Shown here piece after piece: positions 59,934 through 64,000 of a stretch of 64,000 nucleotides of DNA. A program made the position numbers and the translations under genes. Position 1 is the stretch's first letter; the number at the start of each line of letters is the position of its first letter. The notes under the pieces are model-generated. The model was not told where the DNA came from. It worked only from the letters and a program-made list of their open reading frames with translations, and did not search any database. Location: NCBI GenBank assembly GCA_963811105.1, contig CAWEPZ010000009.1, positions 361,911 through 425,910 of the forward strand, written 5' to 3'. Origin of the DNA: Candidatus Bathyarchaeota archaeon (GTDB lineage: Archaea > Thermoproteota > Bathyarchaeia > Bathyarchaeales > Bathycorpusculaceae).

Positions 59934-60842
59934 ATGAAAGTAGCCAACCACATTTTCGAATTGATAGGCCAGACACCCATGGTCAAAATAAATAAGATAA
60001 ATCCAAACCCTATTGCTGAAATCTACGCAAAAATTGAATGGTTTAACCCCATGGGGTCACTCAAAGACAGAATAGCCCTAACAATGATAGAAGCGGCTGA
60101 ACAAGAAAAGAGATTGACTAAAGACAAGATAATTTTGGAAGCAACTTCTGGAAACACAGGTATAGCTGTAGCTTGGGTCGCAGCTCTAAAAGGCTACAAA
60201 TGCGTCATTGTAATGCCCAAAAACGTTTCAGAGGAACGCAAAAAGATCCTGGATTTGCTGGGTGCTGATTTAGTCTTTACTAATACGGAGACTGAGGCAA
60301 TTGCAAGAGCAAGAAAAATTGCAGAAGACCCGCAGTATGTAATGACAGATCAGTTTGCCAATGACATAAACTGGAAAACGCATTACCAAACGACCGCGCA
60401 AGAAATCTGGGAGCAAACCAACGGAAAAATAACGCATTTTGTAGCAGGGATAGGAACTTCAGGAACTATAATGGGCGTTGGAAGAAGACTGAAAGAATTG
60501 AATCCGAGAATTCAAATCATTGGCGTGCAACCTTCGAAGATACACAGCAAACAACAAGGACTGCTTAATCTGAAGGAATTCTGCCCAGAAATCTGCAAAG
60601 TCAATGAAGCGGTTGATGAAATGATAATGGTTGAGGATGAAAATGCGTTAAGGACAACGAGAGATCTTATTGTTAAAGAGGGTCTTTTTGCTGGGATCTC
60701 CTCTGGTTCTGCGATGTACGGGGCAATTCAAAAAGCAAGAGAAATTCAGAGGGGCTTAATTGTGGCCATCCTGGGAGACCATGCCTTCAAATACCTTAGT
60801 ACTGAACTTTTTGCGCATCAAGCTGAACATGAGAAGGAATAG
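59934..60842 (+). CDS. cysK: Cysteine synthase (PLP-dependent, CysK/CysM family)
   Basis: NPMGSLKDR, EATSGNTG, QFAN, GIGTSGT, GISSG motifs. Confidence 0.93.
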   Translation: MKVANHIFELIGQTPMVKINKINPNPIAEIYAKIEWFNPMGSLKDRIALTMIEAAEQEKRLTKDKIILEATSGNTGIAVAWVAALKGYKCVIVMPKNVSEERKKILDLLGADLVFTNTETEAIARARKIAEDPQYVMTDQFANDINWKTHYQTTAQEIWEQTNGKITHFVAGIGTSGTIMGVGRRLKELNPRIQIIGVQPSKIHSKQQGLLNLKEFCPEICKVNEAVDEMIMVEDENALRTTRDLIVKEGLFAGISSGSAMYGAIQKAREIQRGLIVAILGDHAFKYLSTELFAHQAEHEKE

Positions 60843-61059
60843 GTCAGTGCGCGCTAAATACAAAGAAACACGCAACGCTATAGCGTGCAATAGGAATATG
60901 CAAATGATCATTTTTAGCGGGGAAATCTCTGAGCAATAGTCAGTAATTAATCGCATTACTATTTGACGTAAAACCCAAAACCATTACGCTTTTCTTTCTT
61001 TTTTGCGTTTGAGACAAACATGTAAATTGGTGAATTATCAAATTACTGGATGGTGAATT

Positions 61060-63495
61060 TTGTCAGGCAAAGAATTTGATTCTGCCATTTCAAGAGATGG
61101 TCAAGCAGCGAACTCCATAACTTCAGAATTTCTAAAAACAGGGCTTAACTCAAATGAAGTCCAGGAGAGAGTGAAGCAGTATGGATTCAACGAGGTTCCG
61201 GAAAAGAAAGAAAACCGCGTTTTCCAATTCGCCAAGAAATTTTGGGGTTTAACAGCATGGATGCTCGAAATAATTATAATTCTTTCTTGGTTTTTGCAGA
61301 GATACGCAGACGTCTACGTTGTTGCTGGTCTGCTCGTGCTTAACGCTGTGTTAAGCTTTGTGGAAGAGCAAAGAGCGTCAAGCGTAGTTGAATCATTAAA
61401 GGAGAAACTTCGTGTCAGTGCCCGCGTTTTAAGGGATGGCATTTGGAAAGTCATTCCAGCCAAAGAAATTGTGCCTGGTGACGTAGTTAGGCTAAGATCA
61501 GGAGATTTTGTGCCTGCAGATGTGAAGTTGGTTTCAGGATATCTTGAAGTTGATCAGTCAGCTTTGACTGGCGAATCGTTGACTGTAGCGAAAAAGCCTG
61601 ACGATTCCGTGTACTCAGGGTCTAATGTCAAGCATGGCGAATCAAACGGCGTTGTCACCTCTATTGGAGTTAAGACTTATTTTGGAAGAACCGCTCAGCT
61701 TGTTCAGTTGGCTAGACCAAAACTACATGTTGAAGAAGTCATCTCAAGTGTAGTGAAACGACTTTTAGTAATGGTTTCAGCGCTAATTGCCGTTGCTATT
61801 GTTTTTTCTATGTTTCGAAGTATAGGACTTCTCGACATCTTGCCCCTTGTTCTTGTTGTTCTCTTATCGGCTATTCCTGTTGCTTTGCCAGCTATGTTTA
61901 CCGTAACAATGGCTTTGGGCGCAATGGAGTTGGCCAAAAAAGGCGTTATAGTCACGAGGTTGAGTGCCGCAGAAGACGCTGCAACAATGGACGTTCTCTG
62001 CCTTGACAAAACCGGCACCATAACAACGAACAAGCTTACAATAGCAAAAGTGATCCCTCAAAATGGTTTTAGCGAAAAAGACGTCGTTTTGTTTGGCGCG
62101 TTGGCTTCTCTAATGGCAAATCAAGACCCAATAGACGTAGCTTTCATAAACTTGGCAGCACAGCAGAACCTCAATACTGACTTGTTTATTCAAAAGAGCT
62201 TTGTTCCTTTCGACGCTGCGACCCGAAAAACCGAAGCAACCGTGCAGAAAGGCAATATCGAGTTCAAGGTCATGAAAGGCGCAGTTAAAGCTATAGCAAC
62301 AGCGTGCGGGTTCAGCAAAGAAGCAACTGTGGATCTCGAAGCACAAATGCAGGAGTATGCAGCTAAGGGATTCCGAACCTTGGCGGTTGCCAAAACAGAA
62401 GCCAAAGGCATACCTCAACTCGTGGGGTTAGCAGCTCTCTATGATTTGCCAAGATCCGACTCAAAAGCGCTGATCCACGAACTTATGGCTCTAGGCATAT
62501 CAGTGAAAATGTTGACTGGTGATGCACTTCCAATCGCTAAGGAAGTCGCTAGAGATGTTGGGCTTGGAGAAAACGTTATGACTGCAGCGGACCTCAAGGC
62601 CTGCATCAAAGATGACCCTCTAGAAGCCCAAGATGAAGCTGAAGAAAGCAGCGGCTTTGCTGAAGTCTATCCTGAAGATAAGTACACAATCGTCAAAAGT
62701 CTACAAACACGCAAACACATTGTGGGCATGACCGGTGATGGAGTTAATGATGCGCCAGCATTGCGACAGGCTGAAGTTGGGATCGCCGTAAGCAATGCTA
62801 CAGATGTGGCTAAGGGCGCGGCTAGCGTTGTTTTGGTTAATGAAGGTCTTACGAGTATTGTAGATCTCGTCAAAAATGGCAGAGTTATCTATGAGCGGAT
62901 AACGGCGTGGATAGTTAGCAAGATTGTCAGGACACTTCAAATCTCCACATTTTCTGTTCTTTCTTTCCTCTTGACAGGTAGCTTTGTTGTTTCAGCGTTT
63001 TCTATAATCGTTTATTTCTTTTTGACAGATTTCGTGAAGATAGCGCTCTCCACTGACAATTTTAACCCATCCGATAAACCTGACACGTGGAACTTAAATG
63101 GTGCAGTGAAGGCTTCTCTTATACTCGGCGCTCTTGTCATTCTTGAGTCGTTTGGGCTATTGTACTTAGTGTTGTACTATTTCCAGGTGGCTTTGAGTGA
63201 TCCTGCGCTTTACACGTTGACTTTTGAAATCCTCTTCTTCTCCGCTATATTCCTGATTTTCAACGTTAGGGAACGAGGGCACTTCTGGGCATCCAGACCA
63301 AGCAAGACTCTACTGTATGCAATAGTGCTAAGCTTAGTCGCTGGAATCGCAATCGTAACATTAGGTATCCCAAACCTGCCTGCAGTGCCGCTGACTGAAA
63401 CGCTCTTAATAATGTTGCTTTCAGCAGTGTTTTCATTCATAGTCAACGACACCGTCAAATACTTCTTTGCTACACGAACCAAAATATGTTGGTAA
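61060..63495 (+). CDS. P-type H+-ATPase (P3A type)
   Basis: DQSALTGES, IPVALP, DKTGT, QDPID, KGA, TGD, TGDGVNDAPAL motifs. Confidence 0.93.
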   Translation: MSGKEFDSAISRDGQAANSITSEFLKTGLNSNEVQERVKQYGFNEVPEKKENRVFQFAKKFWGLTAWMLEIIIILSWFLQRYADVYVVAGLLVLNAVLSFVEEQRASSVVESLKEKLRVSARVLRDGIWKVIPAKEIVPGDVVRLRSGDFVPADVKLVSGYLEVDQSALTGESLTVAKKPDDSVYSGSNVKHGESNGVVTSIGVKTYFGRTAQLVQLARPKLHVEEVISSVVKRLLVMVSALIAVAIVFSMFRSIGLLDILPLVLVVLLSAIPVALPAMFTVTMALGAMELAKKGVIVTRLSAAEDAATMDVLCLDKTGTITTNKLTIAKVIPQNGFSEKDVVLFGALASLMANQDPIDVAFINLAAQQNLNTDLFIQKSFVPFDAATRKTEATVQKGNIEFKVMKGAVKAIATACGFSKEATVDLEAQMQEYAAKGFRTLAVAKTEAKGIPQLVGLAALYDLPRSDSKALIHELMALGISVKMLTGDALPIAKEVARDVGLGENVMTAADLKACIKDDPLEAQDEAEESSGFAEVYPEDKYTIVKSLQTRKHIVGMTGDGVNDAPALRQAEVGIAVSNATDVAKGAASVVLVNEGLTSIVDLVKNGRVIYERITAWIVSKIVRTLQISTFSVLSFLLTGSFVVSAFSIIVYFFLTDFVKIALSTDNFNPSDKPDTWNLNGAVKASLILGALVILESFGLLYLVLYYFQVALSDPALYTLTFEILFFSAIFLIFNVRERGHFWASRPSKTLLYAIVLSLVAGIAIVTLGIPNLPAVPLTETLLIMLLSAVFSFIVNDTVKYFFATRTKICW

Positions 63496-63630
63496 TTGTT
63501 GACGTTGTTTTCCCGGATTCTATAGCTGATAGAGGTTCCCAACACAGGCTGACGTGCGCGCTTGAAGAGACAAATCAACAAAAACGTTGAAAAAGTTTAT
63601 TTTCCCTTAAAGCAATGCTTCTTGACCACA

Positions 63631-64000
63631 ATGGAAATGCTTGAAGTTAAAGACCTATCAGTCAAGGTCGAAGGCAAACTCATACTTAAAGACATGAACT
63701 TCAGTCTGAAAGAAGGCGTTAGCCACATTCTCTTTGGACCAAATGGTTCAGGGAAAACCACGCTCATTAGTACTCTTATGGGATTGCCAGGCTACGAAGT
63801 TGTCTCTGGCAAGATACTTTTCCGGGGAGTCGACATCACAAACAAAGGCGTAGATGAACGGGCTAAGTTAGGGATGATCGTGAGCTTCCAGAACCCGCCT
63901 GAAATTACCGGTGTAAAGCTTGGCGACTTGCTTAAGTTGTGCTTGGGCAAGAGTGAAACTGATGCAATCAGTGCCTTGGAAACAAAGCAAATTGAAGCTT
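63631..64000 (+). CDS. sufC: Fe-S assembly ATPase SufC/SmsC (partial, runs off the window)
   Basis: MLEVKDLSV...GPNGSGKTT...MGLPGYEVVSGKILFRG.DIT...ERAKLG...FQNPPEITGV. Confidence 0.88.
   Translation, partial: MEMLEVKDLSVKVEGKLILKDMNFSLKEGVSHILFGPNGSGKTTLISTLMGLPGYEVVSGKILFRGVDITNKGVDERAKLGMIVSFQNPPEITGVKLGDLLKLCLGKSETDAISALETKQIEA

Noticed and set aside
59745-63565. Recurrent GCGCGC words in three intergenic regions (about 59751, 60849, 63555)
   Set aside because: Too short and without shared flanks to call a repeat family or operator.

Overview
Archaeal chromosomal window (ATP-dependent ligase, fibrillarin/Nop5, archaeal-type TIM, rpl12p, intron-containing tRNA). Gene content and style suggest a mesophilic Bathyarchaeia-like TACK lineage, but that is inference. 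Housekeeping genes fill roughly 1-21 kb. They include a NikR-controlled nickel module with a clear operator and a catalytically degenerate class III ribonucleotide reductase fused to a winged-HTH. The centrepiece, at about 30.6-49.1 kb, is a gas vesicle locus (gvpA-C-N-O-[MEDS-GvpE-like]-F-G-J-J-H-K-L-L::J-domain-dnaK-M::GRAM). It is embedded with its own proteostasis machinery: a GvpL/F-DnaJ fusion, DnaK, three Hsp20-domain proteins, a Phr/HSR1-type regulator with operator, CDC48 and a zincin-like protein, and it is flanked by MinD and PadR genes. Further right lie a decayed arsenic module, a two-intron tRNA-Trp(CCA) carrying a C/D-box guide, an IS1182 with inverted repeats and target duplication, cysteine synthase, a P-type H+-ATPase and partial sufC. 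Four genes carry single-base lesions (Ni/Co transporter tail, dnaK, transposase, ABC ATPase). These may be real or assembly errors. All family calls come from motif recognition by eye; no searches were run.
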